A DNA stretch of 63,744 nucleotides, counting the filler, from Reticulomyxa filosa (taxonomy: Eukaryota; Protista; Foraminifera): NCBI GenBank assembly GCA_000512085.1. It is 18 parts of 18 records of this genome, joined end to end, with 100 filler letters (N's around TTAATTAATTAA, not from the genome) between each part and the next. Parts side by side here need not be neighbours in the genome. Positions count along the whole stretch, not along the records: positions 25,930 to 27,369 come from ASPP01014054.1; positions 27,470 to 28,619 come from ASPP01034621.1; positions 28,720 to 29,920 come from ASPP01020537.1; positions 30,021 to 32,650 come from ASPP01050094.1; positions 32,751 to 37,500 come from ASPP01000187.1; positions 37,601 to 49,027 come from ASPP01025357.1; 12 more parts are not named here. One strand, given 5' to 3'. Positions 25,971 through 38,836 of the stretch are shown here, one piece after another (positions within the stretch are counted from its first letter, which is position 1; the number at the start of each line of letters is the position of its first letter). Both the position numbers and the translations under genes were made by a program. The notes below the pieces were generated by a model. The model worked only from the letters and a program-made list of their open reading frames with translations. It did no database searches and was not told where the DNA came from.

Positions 25971-26535
25971 GGTTGCCCATCAATTTTTTTTTTTTTTTGA
26001 AGTCATAAGAACTTATAAAATATACCGTAAGTTCATTTGGATGTTTATTCAACAATTGCACTATCAACTCTTCCGAGTAAGGTGATAGCTCATGCAATAA
26101 TGTAACATGCTCCAAATTCGAAGTTAAGATACACCCGTCCGACAGATATTTTGAAGACAAACCCGAAAATCCGTCACCACCAAAAAATTGATCGTCAAAC
26201 TTTTGTGGACCATTCGCCGGATTGTATTTTCCGATTTGAATGGGCAGATGGTTTGGGTTTTTTTCAAAAAATGACTCACCAATTGTCAAATTCAACAAAT
26301 GCACCAAATTGCGAAAGGCATTGAAGGAGTGGGTATTACCTTGCACTGCCGTTAGCGCTTTTATTTCTACAAGCCCTCCTCGGGCCAACTCGAACAGCCA
26401 TAGCATCGCCAGCGAATCATCTAATCCAGGGTCGGTGTCAAATATTATTTGGGGCTTACTGGCCTCCAAATTCATTATACAGCTTAAAAACAAAAGCGAA
26501 GCAAAAATATAAAGCATTGCTGTACTTACTTTCAA
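25942..26535 (-). CDS. Inosine/uridine-preferring nucleoside hydrolase family protein with signal peptide (3' truncated)
   Basis: IIFDTDPGLDDSLAM (DxDxxxDD Ca-binding motif), TAVQGN and FGGDGF. The likely start is ATG 26517, giving a hydrophobic leader MLYIFASLLFLSCIMNLEA. The exon probably ends near 26028. Confidence 0.92.
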
Positions 26536-26748
26536 TATCTAAAAAAAAAAAATTAATAAATAATGCTTAATGTAGGTTTTTTACCAAAAATCAGTACGTC
26601 CCTTTCCCTTTGTATTTGCTACTTTACCACATTTTTCTCGTTGTGTTGCTAATTGATTTCAAAACATATACCAAGAGGTTTTGTTTCTGGAAGACTTTGA
26701 GAACGTGGAAGGGGAGCCTCGTCTAGTTTACAAAAAAATTATATCGAA

Positions 26749-27310
26749 ATGACGGCTGCTGCAACAACTAGCAATATATCCAAAGCTTTGGAAGATTTGG
26801 TTGCAAAACGCAGCAACAATAGCGTATCTGAGAAGAGCTCATTTACCAGATTTAGAGACAAAGACAAACACGCCACAGCCACGCACGTACTGGCTCAACA
26901 CCATCCAACATTCACAGCAAGCAATTAACAGCTACGCCTCGGACGAAAAAAGGTCGACATAGAAACAAAAATGAGCTGTAGATGCTCTGCTTTTTGGCCT
27001 AAATGAAAGTAGGTGACAATAACAATAACAAAAAAAAAAACAAAACAGACTTCGTGCGTGGTTTTGTTTGGGTTTGTCACTGGGTAAACTGATTGACCAA
27101 GATGGAGGTCCAATGTTAGTCAATTCACTGATACAATTGATGGAAGAGTTTGTATTTGAATTCGGAGGACGTGCGGCAGCAGGTTATGCGTATTTGCGAG
27201 CAAAAAATTTGGCCGAAAAGTCCGATATGAATGAAAACGAACCAATCAAGCCTGTTATCTTCAAAGAGAACAATCAGGTGGTTTTTCAATTTTTGGACAC
27301 CCCAACTTTG
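26749..27310 (+). CDS. Partial hypothetical protein, head-to-head with the nucleoside hydrolase
   Basis: ATG 26749 MTAAATTSNISKALEDLVAKR... and an open exon ~27050-27310 ending at a GTAAGT donor. Middle exon structure unresolved. Confidence 0.4.
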
Positions 27311-27331
27311 GTAAGTTTTTTTTTTTGGTCC

Positions 27332-27369
<38 letters not shown>

Positions 27370-27722
27370 NNNNNNNNNNNNNNNNNNNNNNNNNNNNNNN
27401 NNNNNNNNNNNNNTTAATTAATTAANNNNNNNNNNNNNNNNNNNNNNNNNNNNNNNNNNNNNNNNNNNNAAGTTAAATGAATTGTAAAATCGTTATGCTT
27501 TTCAAAATTCTTCGTTAAGGAAAGTATTTAAAAACGACAAGTTTTGTTTTTTAGATATCATCTATTTTTTTATTTTTGGAAAATTAAACAAGGGTTTAAA
27601 ATGACGCAATAACAAAATGAAGGACCAACATCAACAAGGAGATAAAGAAAAAACATGCCAAAGCAAAAAAAAAAAAGTAATGATATTGTCAACAATTTGG
27701 GAAAAAGACACACAAACTGTGT

Positions 27723-28545
27723 TTAAGCAAAAATTCTCAAATTGAAATCCCAACAACCAGTGGCCAAGGCATAACCATCATCAGACACTCCCAAGGAAGA
27801 CACACGACTTTCATGGGGCAATTCACACAAGTATTGCCCTTGCAAAGTGCTCCACATGTAGACTCGTCCATTGTCATAAGCAGCAAAAATGTAGTGTCCA
27901 GATTTTGACACATCGATACTGGTAACACCTGAAAGGTCTTCGCTGTGCAAAGAAACATTGCTTTTATTTACGTATTGGTTCAACTGTCTATATGATCTCA
28001 TGTCAAACAATCGAACTTTTCCATCATCCGAGCCCGTAACTACACACTGTGCATCAGGGAACCATTGAACACTACACGCACACATACAACAATATAAACG
28101 TTACGACATATTTATATTTCATTTTAACAAAAAAAAAAATGTACACTACCAAGTCAAAGATTACAAAAAACATTAAAAACTCTTTGGTTGTCAAAGAAAC
28201 AGAAAAATGGAAAATAGTAAAAAACGCAAATCAATAAAAACAAACCTGTTGACATCAGCACCATGTCCAGTAAAGGTGGCAACGGCATGATCTCCTTGTC
28301 TGGTATCCCAGACTTTGGCAGTTGTGTCGATGGAACCACTAACAAACAAATTTGAGCTTTTTTTATTCAAACTTACGGACATAACGTCTGCTGTGTGATC
28401 GGCGTAAATGCTCTTCGGTCCTTTGTTATCCACGTCCCATAATATACATGTCCCGTCTCCACTAGCGCTTACTATTTCCGTGTCATCTATAAATCGAGCA
28501 CAGCTCAGATATCCATCGTGCTTTTCCAATTCTCTGTACAATTCC
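27723..28545 (-). CDS. GNB: Heterotrimeric G-protein beta subunit (C-terminal WD40 repeats, 5' truncated)
   Basis: HDGYLSCARF...SASGDGTCILWD, HTADVMSVS, FVSGSID.TAKVWD, TGSDDGKVRLFDMR, GVTSIDVSKSG and HESRVSSLGVSDDGYALATGCWD. Confidence 0.95.
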
Positions 28546-28947
28546 TTTTTTTTATTTTATTTACGTATACACATTTTTTTTTGTTAAATTAAAAAAGTTT
28601 TTTGAATTTTTTTTTTTTTNNNNNNNNNNNNNNNNNNNNNNNNNNNNNNNNNNNNNNNNNNNNTTAATTAATTAANNNNNNNNNNNNNNNNNNNNNNNNN
28701 NNNNNNNNNNNNNNNNNNNATATATATATATATATATATATGTATACGTATATACGTATATACATATATATATATATATATTCGATGAATATGTTTGCAT
28801 CCCAGTTTGGAAGAAAAACAAATAAATGAATAAATAAATAAAGCAACGAATGGCAACAAGAATAAAAATGCAAAAACGCTGGCACCACAACAAGCGTTAT
28901 TTGCGGCGCTGGCGGCAATCAACGCGGCCGAAAACACGAGCATTGGC

Positions 28948-29920
28948 ATGACGTGTGGCAACAGTGACGTGGATATCATTGGGAGTCTGTTCGAACACGA
29001 AGAGTGGACCAGCGGAGAGGACAACAACGACATTTACATTGACGACGACTCCATCAATTATTGCGAGTTGGGAATTAGCACGCCTGAGACCACTGCAACA
29101 GCGGCATGTCATCCAAAGACTACCGAAACAAAGGATTGCAAAAAGTATCCCGACACATCTCAGAAATTAATGGGGCTTTTCAATGATCACTCTGTCAATG
29201 CAAATGCAAATAATAATATTCCTTTTTCCAATAATGTGTCCAATGCAACAACCAGTTACGCTAATTCCAATCAAATGTGTTTCTATTTGTTTTTTGAAAC
29301 TAGCTTTTATGTATTGAGTGTGCTCACACCTCAAACAAACTAAACAAGACATCCGCTCGTCGTCGTCGTCGTCTTCGTCAGCGTGCTCACAAACACAGAA
29401 AAAAGGGACCCCGCACGACAGCCCTTTGATGACAAAAGATCACACATTGCCAATGCACAAGGCCGCGCCAGGCAAAATCAACAATATCATTCGCGCCGAA
29501 CTAGGATCTCATACATCCAGTACCACGTCGCCATCGTCAGGCGATCGTGAAAACACAAATGCAAATGCAAGTGCAAATGCAAGTGAGGAATTAGGTCATC
29601 CAAACAATGCAAATGAACACAACTGCGATTGCTTAGTCTGCTCGATTGCTTTGAATAACAATAGCAACAACAACAACAACAACAGCAATAACACTTGTCC
29701 ACATGCAACCGCAAATACAAATGTACATCCAAGTGCAAATGCAAATGCAAGTGCAAGTACAAACATCGACGTCACAGCCACCGGGTCAGGTCCGTCTTCA
29801 TGGACTTCCCGAAACCAATGGCTATGGACGTTGAACGAATTGGAAAAACAATTGGAAGCGGAAGAAGAGGAAGAGGAAGAAGATGACGATAATGATAATG
29901 ATAATGATAATGATAATGAT
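28948..29920 (+). CDS. Partial low-complexity (N/A/S/D/E-rich) hypothetical protein
   Basis: ORFs 28948-29343 and 29318-29920 with NANA, poly-N and poly-E/DN tracts. The contig breaks inside a GATAAT repeat. Confidence 0.45.
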
Positions 29921-30032
29921 NNNNNNNNNNNNNNNNNNNNNNNNNNNNNNNNNNNNNNNNNNNNTTAATTAATTAANNNNNNNNNNNNNNNNNNNNNNNN
30001 NNNNNNNNNNNNNNNNNNNNACAAACAGCAAC

Positions 30033-31141
30033 ATGGTTACAGAAAAGATGAAAAGTGCAGACGTAAAAGCAGAGAGCAAAGAGACGACAGAAGCAACAGC
30101 AGCAACAGCAGCAGTAGCAAAGACAGAAGGGAATAAAGCATCTATGATTCAGCGCTTGCGTGATTTGCAAAAAGAGAACGCACGATTGATGGCGAAGCTG
30201 AAGCGAATCCAAAAAGAGCGTACGCAGCACGAGAGCGTGACGAAGGAGTTGCAGTGCAAAGTGCAGACGTTGGAGGATACGTTGCACTTGCAGAGTGTGG
30301 ACTGCAGCGTGGCAAAGAGCAGCAAAAAGCCGGAGCAGTACGAAACGCAAGTGGAGCACACTATTCAAGAGCTGAGGAGCCAGTTGCAGCAAATGAACCA
30401 AGAAAAGGTCCTTCAATCCAAACGCGTAGCGGGTCTGCAGAAGCTGGCCAATCGCCATGACGAACGCACCATCTACCATAAATCCGCTTATGACGAGATC
30501 ATAGACAAATTGGAAAGGTTGAAGCAATCGCTATACTCTTCTTTACTGCATTCACCCTCATCGGATGTCAATACCAATGCTAATACTAATATCAATATCA
30601 ATATCAATATCAATGCTAATGCTAATGCTACACTTACGTCGGCTGTCACACTCAAACCTGCCGTCGGGGTTAACAGTAACAATGACAGCAATGACAACAA
30701 TAGCAACAATAGCAACAATAGCAATACGAGGAAACGGAAGGCAGATAGCTTGGAGCCTTCGCATGACCACGACAGAGTGGTCAAAGATGACGACATTGCT
30801 GTCATTCAAATTATCAATGGACAGGTAGTATGTGTATGTATATGTTTGTTCTTATATTGGCATACCCACCCTCTTTCTTTTCAATCACTTTTAAGTTGTG
30901 TGAATGAAATAAAAAAAAGCAATCGAAACGACGACGGTTAAATCACAGTCAAGAGACTGAAAAAACAATAGTCCTGGTCAAAGTGGAGATGAGTGAAAAT
31001 GCTCGTGCGATATCAATGCAGCCGTTTGCTGGCGATGCAAACACAAGTGCAAGTGCGATGAGCAAGATGGAGAAGAGTAATAGCATTGGCGAAATACGTG
31101 ACTTTGCAGACTTTGGAAAACCTGTCCGATCCTGCACTTGA
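30033..31141 (+). CDS. Partial coiled-coil protein with low-complexity tail
   Basis: A 302-aa ORF with heptad-like MIQRLRDLQKENARLMAKLKRIQ..., a donor near 30825 and a short final exon ending at TGA 31139-31141. Confidence 0.55.
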
Positions 31142-33783
31142 CTTGGAAACGCTTATACAGGCCTTGGTCATCAACACAAAGACTCAAGACAACGCCAGCT
31201 CCAATCTGTCCGTTCGACAACTGGCTGACCGATAAATTGAGCATATTTTTGTTTTTCTTTTTTTTTGACACGATTTTTTATTTAAAAATTAATTATGCTT
31301 GTGTTTAAATTTCACATTGGACGCTATAAAACATTAATTTGAATCATACAAACTCAAAAAAGCTTTCAATTATATTTTTTTATCAATAATTCTTCAGAAA
31401 TGTCAATCAGTACAAAAAAGTATTCATTCAATCAATTTTCATAAATTTTCAACAATATTGAATGATGTGATGCTCAAAATTTAGTTTCACCTTGCAAAGC
31501 AGCAAAAAGTAGTCAAAATATTTCAAATGTAGACCAGTTTAAAAAAACAGGGAAATGGAGGCGTATGTATTGAAAAAGAGTTTGGACTTATTACAAATGG
31601 ATACCTTATCCTTAACAACACGTTACTCATTATTAAGAAACAGGCATTTAGCCTTGGAAACATTCGACATGGCAAAGGCCAAGCGAAAACCAAGAAACTA
31701 GACAGTCACACATCATATTGCTGTCACTATTGCAGAGTCATCAGTTGCCACGAATTTGGAATATTTTATTTTATCAACCCTCTATTATTCAATATTTACT
31801 GCAGTCCAAGAGAAAAAGAACAACTGATGCGATTAATGATCATTATCCTACTTATTATACGTTGCAAATCGCACATGACAAAGCAAAAGTATTGAATGTA
31901 ATGTCATGATTAAGTAGTATTTGACAAGTGATCACGATTGCAATTTTTTTGTTGGTATTAACTGCTTTTTTTTGCTGACAACACTTTTTTTTGAACTTAA
32001 AACTTTTTTTTTGTTTGTATGTACTGATTATGAATATTCGATTTGGAAAAAATAATTTGTGTGGTCCATTGAATCGTCATAGCAAATTGCAATAGTTTTT
32101 TGCTGAATTCCTTGTTAAAAGCCACAAACGTGGAAACTAGAAATAAAGTGGTAAATATTTTTATTATATACACAACTGTCATTTTATTAATATCTAACTA
32201 AGATAAAAAAAATATATATGGTTTTTTTTAATGCAGGGTATGACAGAACAAAGCAAAGGACCAAGACTGAATATACATATTGGTAAAGGACTATACGAGA
32301 CCACTTAGTATTGGAACGTGGAATTGTAATAAGCTTTTCGAATAAGTAATTGATTCTTCCATTGTCCTAACACGTATCATACCAACAATAATGTTTCTAT
32401 TTATACAAAAAAATAAAATACGTACATACAACAATTATTTAAAAACAAGTATGTACGTAACAAAAAATTGTTTGTGATTTTGTTTATTTTTTGTAATGTT
32501 TCTTTTGATGCAGTTTTTTGCAATTTCTACAAATATGTGCTTTGTGCTGTTTTTTTAATGTTGGTGATTTTTACTTTTGTTATTTTTTTGTCAAAATTTA
32601 TAATTGAAAAAAAAAAGTGAACATTATCATACTGATCATATACTGGTCAANNNNNNNNNNNNNNNNNNNNNNNNNNNNNNNNNNNNNNNNNNNNTTAATT
32701 AATTAANNNNNNNNNNNNNNNNNNNNNNNNNNNNNNNNNNNNNNNNNNNNAAAAAGCTAGAAACTGGTTTTCTACTTAAAGCAATTAAAAGTTTTAAATT
32801 TAATTTAACAAATTGATTATTTTTTTCTTTTACGTATACCTTTTTTTTCTATTTTCAGTCTTAAAGAAATTAAGGATGTTATTTCTAAACTTTTAGGTCT
32901 TCCAAAGGTATAATGGACCAATCGGTATCACAGTGTTGGATTTCAAATACAATTTAATCAATTATGTTTGTCCACTGCCAGCGTCCCACCAGTCATCACC
33001 TACATTTTCTGGTCGGCAAGTATCTGGGGTTCTTGTGGTCCACTGAAGTTGCGCTACTGGTAGATCACAGTAGGTGCATATACGCGAAGCAAGGAGTTCG
33101 ATACTACATGAGAAGTCAACTTTAAGGAGATTTTACTCCTTAATGCTTTATTGGATAATTGCTGAAAGAATTTTGCCATTTTTTAAGTTTGGTCACTGTA
33201 CAAAAAAAAAGAATATTCTGTTGGCATTTCTCGTTACATTTGCTTGTAAATATAAATGTAAATGATCTCTAACTCGAATTTTTAGTATTTGTGATTGCAA
33301 GTAAACTTAGAACAGCAAAAGGAAAATTCAACATTAATTGATTTGTCAAAAATGTAAAAGTAAATTTTTTAAAAAAGAATTATTGAAAAAGCTTTTTATT
33401 TATAACATGTTTTTTTATACAAAACTTGTCGTTGACTTTTGTTCACCTTTAAAAAAAAAGTCTTATTTCCTCACTAAAGATAGTTGCGAATTTAGTCACA
33501 TTAAATTATAGCAATAACAACAAATCAAAGTTATTTTGTTCTTAAGAGAAAAACACATCACCAACATTTTATTATTCAACCTTTTTGTGTCCTCTTTTTT
33601 TGGTTTTATGAAGTTACTGTGAATACAACCACTAAGATGAAAAAATCAAGTATCACTCTCGTTTACAGTGGGCTTTTTACAAAGATATTATGAAATGACA
33701 TTTATTCTTGTTTCTGTTTCAAAAAAAGGCATGAAAAATTCAATACAAGGAAAGTTGCATCTCCACAACAAACATATTCTCAA

Positions 33784-35559
33784 TTACATTTTGCGAATAT
33801 TGGGAATGTAATTCATTTCAATAAATTCGTCAATGATTTCTTGTAAATGTTGGACTCCCATCTGTAAAAGTTGATCCAACACCAAATAAACAAAACAAGA
33901 CAAAAAATATGTGACTGTCATCATTAAAAAAAATAATTGAAAAAAGTAACTTCAGGAACGCTATATTTGAAGGAAGTATCTTTTTCAATGTATTCTCCAT
34001 TCACAGAGATATGATTCCTGGTTAGTATTTCTTCATCCAAATATGGACTTAGAGGTGTTGAAGTCAAGTTATACTCCTTTATATTTGTAATATTTGTGTA
34101 CACATGCGAATCAAATAAATAAGCAAATAAGAATAGCAAAAATGGAAAAAGTGTAATAATGTTCTTGGAACTTTCATCACAGCAGACCACATAGGCAAGT
34201 GCTTATCATTGCATGACCTTGCGGCACTGCTCATCATTTTGGAGGCTGCCGCGTTCATTACAGTATTTTGAAAGCCTGTTTTGATCTCAAAAATCTTTTC
34301 AATTAATGCATTTAATGATCCCTGGGCTATGATGCAAAAGGTGTAATAATTCAATAAGTTATGATAGTTTATTATAATTTATAAAAAGCCTTTCAAACTC
34401 TTCTTTCAATTTTTATTATTATTATTATTATTATTTTTTTTAAGAAATTTTCAACTGGTATTTCCTTTATCGGACAAATTATAACATCTTCCAGCCTTGG
34501 ACTTTGTGCATGCTATCCAAATTGCTATGGCCACGTCACGTACGTGCACCGTGTTGATCCTCAAGCTTCCAGTCCACAAAAACTTCATTTTTTCCTTGGT
34601 GTGTTTATAGCAAACTGCGCAGACCAATCGGGGAGCTATATGTGAACATAAGTTGTATATGATGTGTCCGTCCATAAGGAATGTTGCGTTGCATTCTTTC
34701 AATTGCTATACATCCCTACGTATACCCCCTTTTTTTTTAAAAAAAAAAAAAGATTTTGTTTGTTAGAACTGATGCCCGTTTGGTCTCCAGGACCATACAC
34801 AATACTAGGACGTAGTGTCACCACTGGAAATCTGAAGAATACAACAAAAAGAAGAAATGATGAATGAACATTTTTTTTTTTTAAAATAAAAAATAAAAAA
34901 ACAAATAATTAATCAATAAAAACTTGAAGTCTTCCAATTTTTTTTCGACTTTCAACCGAAACGACGCCAATTTGGTATAAGGCTCAATTGTTGATGTCTC
35001 AGTAGCGCCTGGTGTTTCCTTTGGCTCATATACCTGTGCAGTAGATACTTCGATCCATTTGATCAATCCTTTCATTTTGGCCGCTCGTTCGGCACATTTC
35101 ACTGCTGTGTCCACACATTTTGTTTGATAGTCTTGGTCACTTTGTCCAAATCTTGTTTCACCACAGACGTTTATTATATATTCCACCGGTTCATTGAACA
35201 AATTTTTTTTGTCGATCAAATCTTTTTTTTTTTGTTGTTTGTTTATTTGTCGTTTTTCTCAAACACAATTTCTTATTAGGACAATGCCCCCTTTTTTTTA
35301 GTGAGGTGGGCTACTAACCGGCTCTGGACAAATCACACTGGATCATTTTTACTACAGGGTTTTTAAATAGATCAAGCATAGCTTTTGAAAAGCTTGCTGT
35401 CAGCGGTGCGCGCTTGTCAACTACCTTTATCTCAGACACTGCTTTTTGTGTCACCAAATAATGAACTAGATGCCTTCCTATGAATCCACATCCCCCTAAA
35501 ATCATTACCCGTGGCAATTCTGGTCGCTTTTCGTCATTTTCGGTTTGGACCTGAGTCAT
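33784..35559 (-). CDS. NAD-dependent epimerase/dehydratase-family (extended/atypical SDR) protein, multi-exon
   Basis: RVMILGGCGFIGRHLV, IQCDL, IEVSTAQVY, LRPSIVYGPGD, INTVHVRDVA and YNLSD. The last exon MGVQHLQEIIDEFIEMNYIPNIRKM* ends at 33784. Confidence 0.9.
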
Positions 35560-35771
35560 TTTATTTTATTTTGAAGAAATCAGAATGACCGGTTCAAGGG
35601 TGACCACGTGAAAAATTGTGTACGAGGAAACTTGTGCAATCTTTAAAACATTAAAAGCTTTTAAAACGCTTTAAATATACATAGCTAGTTGGTTGTCAAA
35701 ATTCATCAGTAAGTACTAACTATAGTTGGAACTTTAAAGGGGCTTGAACTGGTTGCAAACAACACTCTATC

Positions 35772-36210
35772 ATGATCAACGCTTGGTTTTTGTTGCTGGC
35801 CTTTTTCGTGGCTCCATTATACGTCTTAGTATCAGGATTTGCTTTATTGCAATTAAAAAACGTGTTCATAATATTGACTGACCTTAACACCAACAATTTT
35901 CCAGTGTTTTTGCAGTTTCTGGCACCTGTAGCCACCAAGATAAAATATTTTACAACAGAAACATTTGGCAATGTCAAAACCTATAAATTCAAAATGAGTG
36001 AGATATTGTTGTACGCATTGATTGTTGCGGTTAGTGTCACAAAAAAATTTCAGTTTTTATAGTTACATTCTCATATATCCAAAATGTGCACAGATATTGA
36101 CATTGTTACCGGCGTTATGGGACCTGAAAATCGCAAGAGAGAGACATGAGCAACAACTCAAAAGTCGCCAAAAACTTGCAAACGAACATACAGGCGCAAA
36201 AAAAAATTAG
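35772..36210 (+). CDS. Small two-exon membrane protein, divergent from the SDR gene
   Basis: Hydrophobic N-terminus and second helix (EILLYALIVA/ILTLLPALW) across a GT..CAG intron, with a C-terminal basic tail ending KKN. Confidence 0.5.
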
Positions 36211-37743
36211 CAATGATGCAAAAATTCATTTTTTTTTAAGACAAGGAAACAAAGAAACGCCATCCACAAAAAATTTTGTTGCCATTATTTTTTACAATAT
36301 CCTTTGGATAAAACATATCATTGCCACGTCATAGAGTAGATTTTCTGAAAACATTGCCCCATTTTTCTTTATTTTTTCATAATGTAGTTCGCAAAAAAAT
36401 CTATTTTTACTTGGAAAAATCACAAAATGTCCAGTTAAAATAGCCCTTTTTTTTGAAAGAGTATTTGCTTATCACAAAGGCATACATTGATTTCATCTTA
36501 GTTGTATGCACTCGAAATAGAATTTATCAACGTAACAATATTCAAAACACTTTGAAGGAGATATAGTGTGTCTTTGTTTGGATTAACAAAGCTTAGTTTT
36601 ATAATGTTGCAACTTGTTATAAACTTGATAAAATTAACACAATTCCAAAACATCTTTTTTACAATAAAAGAAAAAATAAAAAAACAAGAAATCATGAAGA
36701 ATAATATTACTTCTGCAGCAACAAACAATGGAATACAACAAATACATCAATTGCCATAATGATTATCAAAAGCTTTAGCAACATAATAAGTTTAAACTCC
36801 ACGAAATTGAGTGTAAGTACATTGACATAGTCTTGCGAATGACTGTTGAAAATTTAGTAGAATTTTTAACACTGGACAAAAGATGCAAGATAAAACAATT
36901 AGAAAGACAAACATTAAAAAATAATGGAGTTAAATTTGGTGACGAGTCAAAAAGGAGGGCCGTATGAAACACAAAACCACAACAGTAGTTAAGTGGGTGT
37001 AGCGCCCAACACAGCAATTGTTTGATAGTTTGATCCATTTATAAATAAAAAGTTCTTTGAAGATGAAACAGTTTTAAATTTTTTAAACAAACTAGTCAAC
37101 GAGTTTTTTTTGGCACGCAAAAAGAAGCAATAACTATACTCTCGCAAGACTTTTTTTGATAACACAAAATAAAATAAAAGATTTTGAATTTAATATGACT
37201 TTCTGCAAAATTGAGTAATCAATTTCGAAGCAAAGATATTACTATCACTCCAAAATGGATGGGTTTGCTCTTTGTTTGTGAAAACAATAAATTTGACAAA
37301 CATAATGTATTGGATTGCATTGCTAATTGCTAATTGTCCTTCGTGACAAATATGTGCAAATTCATTTGATTTTTTATTAAGTCTTTCTAATTTTTTCAAA
37401 AATTTTAATCTTTCATTTGATTTGAAAAAAAGTTGACAATAGTATTTTTCTCGTAATCATGAAATTTGACAATTTTTTTTTAAACAATTTTTGATATTTT
37501 NNNNNNNNNNNNNNNNNNNNNNNNNNNNNNNNNNNNNNNNNNNNTTAATTAATTAANNNNNNNNNNNNNNNNNNNNNNNNNNNNNNNNNNNNNNNNNNNN
37601 AAAAGCAACATAGTAACGGTTTAAAACGCTTAGTCTGATTTTAAATAAATAGCCTGATTGACAACAAGTTCACCCACGAAAACAGTAAACTGGTAACCCT
37701 CAAAGGGGGATAAAAAGGACATATTTGTTCAAATCTTAAAAAA

Positions 37744-38062
37744 ATGTACATAATAACATTGAAATTAGTATCTATAGTGGACATGGATTCAAACAAGACA
37801 GCGTTGTTGGTGATCTATACAAACAACGAAATCCCAGTGGATTACGTGCCTGCTGTGTTTGGCAATTATTCAGCGAACATAATGTGTGAAGGAAAACCAG
37901 TTACCCTTGTATTATGAAACACAGTCTATAATGTCTTGGCGTTTGAAAAATAAAATGTTGGTTTTGGCAAATGGATAAGTGAATACGATTGTATTGAACA
38001 AATGAGTTCCAAAATTATGTCGCATTAAATTCCGACATTGCTTTCGCGTGTTAGTAGGACTT
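37744..38062 (+). pseudogene. Rac/Rho small GTPase pseudogene
   Basis: MYIITLKLVSIVDMDSNKTALLVIYTNNEIPVDYVPAVFGNYSANIMCEGKPVTLVL*NT aligns to Rac [54 protein letters not shown]. A second remnant VLNK*VPKL...VLVG lies at ~37991-38062. The P-loop is destroyed and both Trp codons are TGA. Absent from the ORF track. Confidence 0.9.
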
Positions 38063-38683
38063 TGCATTGAAACATTTTTATTTCAAAACATTAGTTACAT
38101 TGACATTCTTTTGTTGTTTAGTGAAATTTTGTATTGCAACTGAAAACGTTGGAACAGTTTCAATCAAGTAGGAACTGTTGAACGCAAGCATACGTAATCG
38201 ACGAAAAAATTCCGGTGTTTGAAGTAGTGAACCACCAACAGTAAGTTATACTCAAATTCAATTGTCTTATTAAATGGACTGTTAAAAATTAATTGCTTTG
38301 TGTATGTAGATTGTACTGCTGTACTTTAATTATTTACACAATAATTAAATATTTCATTTTGAAAGAAATGTACATATATAATGATATACCAAAAGTCTTT
38401 TTTTTCTCAAGCGCTTTCGTTCTTCAAATACGTTTCTCCTAATCTTTTGATAGAATTAATTTTAATTGAAAACAGCTTCGGAGAATGTAATAGCATTGAC
38501 AATTTTTGAAACTAAATCAATAATTATATACTGGAGAAAAATAAGCCATTTTAAACTTTTTCTGGAGTGTAACAGATAGTGATACCAACTTTCGGGTCAG
38601 TGCTCATTAGTATTGTTTGTTTTGTGATCTTACAGTACCTGATTTGATGTCAATTTTTTAATGTTTTCCAATAATTTCGTTCT

Positions 38684-38765
38684 AAAAAACTTGCTGTGCT
38701 TCAGGGAGTTTGTGTCACTATAAAAAACTTGCTGCGCTTCTGGAAAGTTTGTGTATCACTATAAG
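38684..38765. repeat. Local ~39-bp tandem duplication upstream of the kinase
   Basis: aaaaaacttgctgtgcttcagggagtttgtgtcactata followed by aaaaaacttgctgcgcttctggaaagtttgtgtatcactata. Confidence 0.8.
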
Positions 38766-38836
38766 AAATTAATTTGATTGCATGGCTACTCCATTAGTTG
38801 TCGATAATAAGGAAAATTCACCTTTGGAATGACGAA

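Noticed and set aside
29487-30828. Antisense and alternate-frame ORFs with poly-C, poly-L and HLHL tracts
   Set aside because: They are shadows of AAC/AAT/GCAAAT coding repeats in the real plus-strand frame.
32880-33130. Slightly GC-richer stretch with a KYLGF peptide reminiscent of a reverse transcriptase motif
   Set aside because: No other RT motifs are present in any frame, and the match is too short to support a call.
37915-38005. TGA read as Trp in the Rac-like sequence
   Set aside because: The P-loop and switch residues are also destroyed, and neighbouring intact genes use TGG for Trp.
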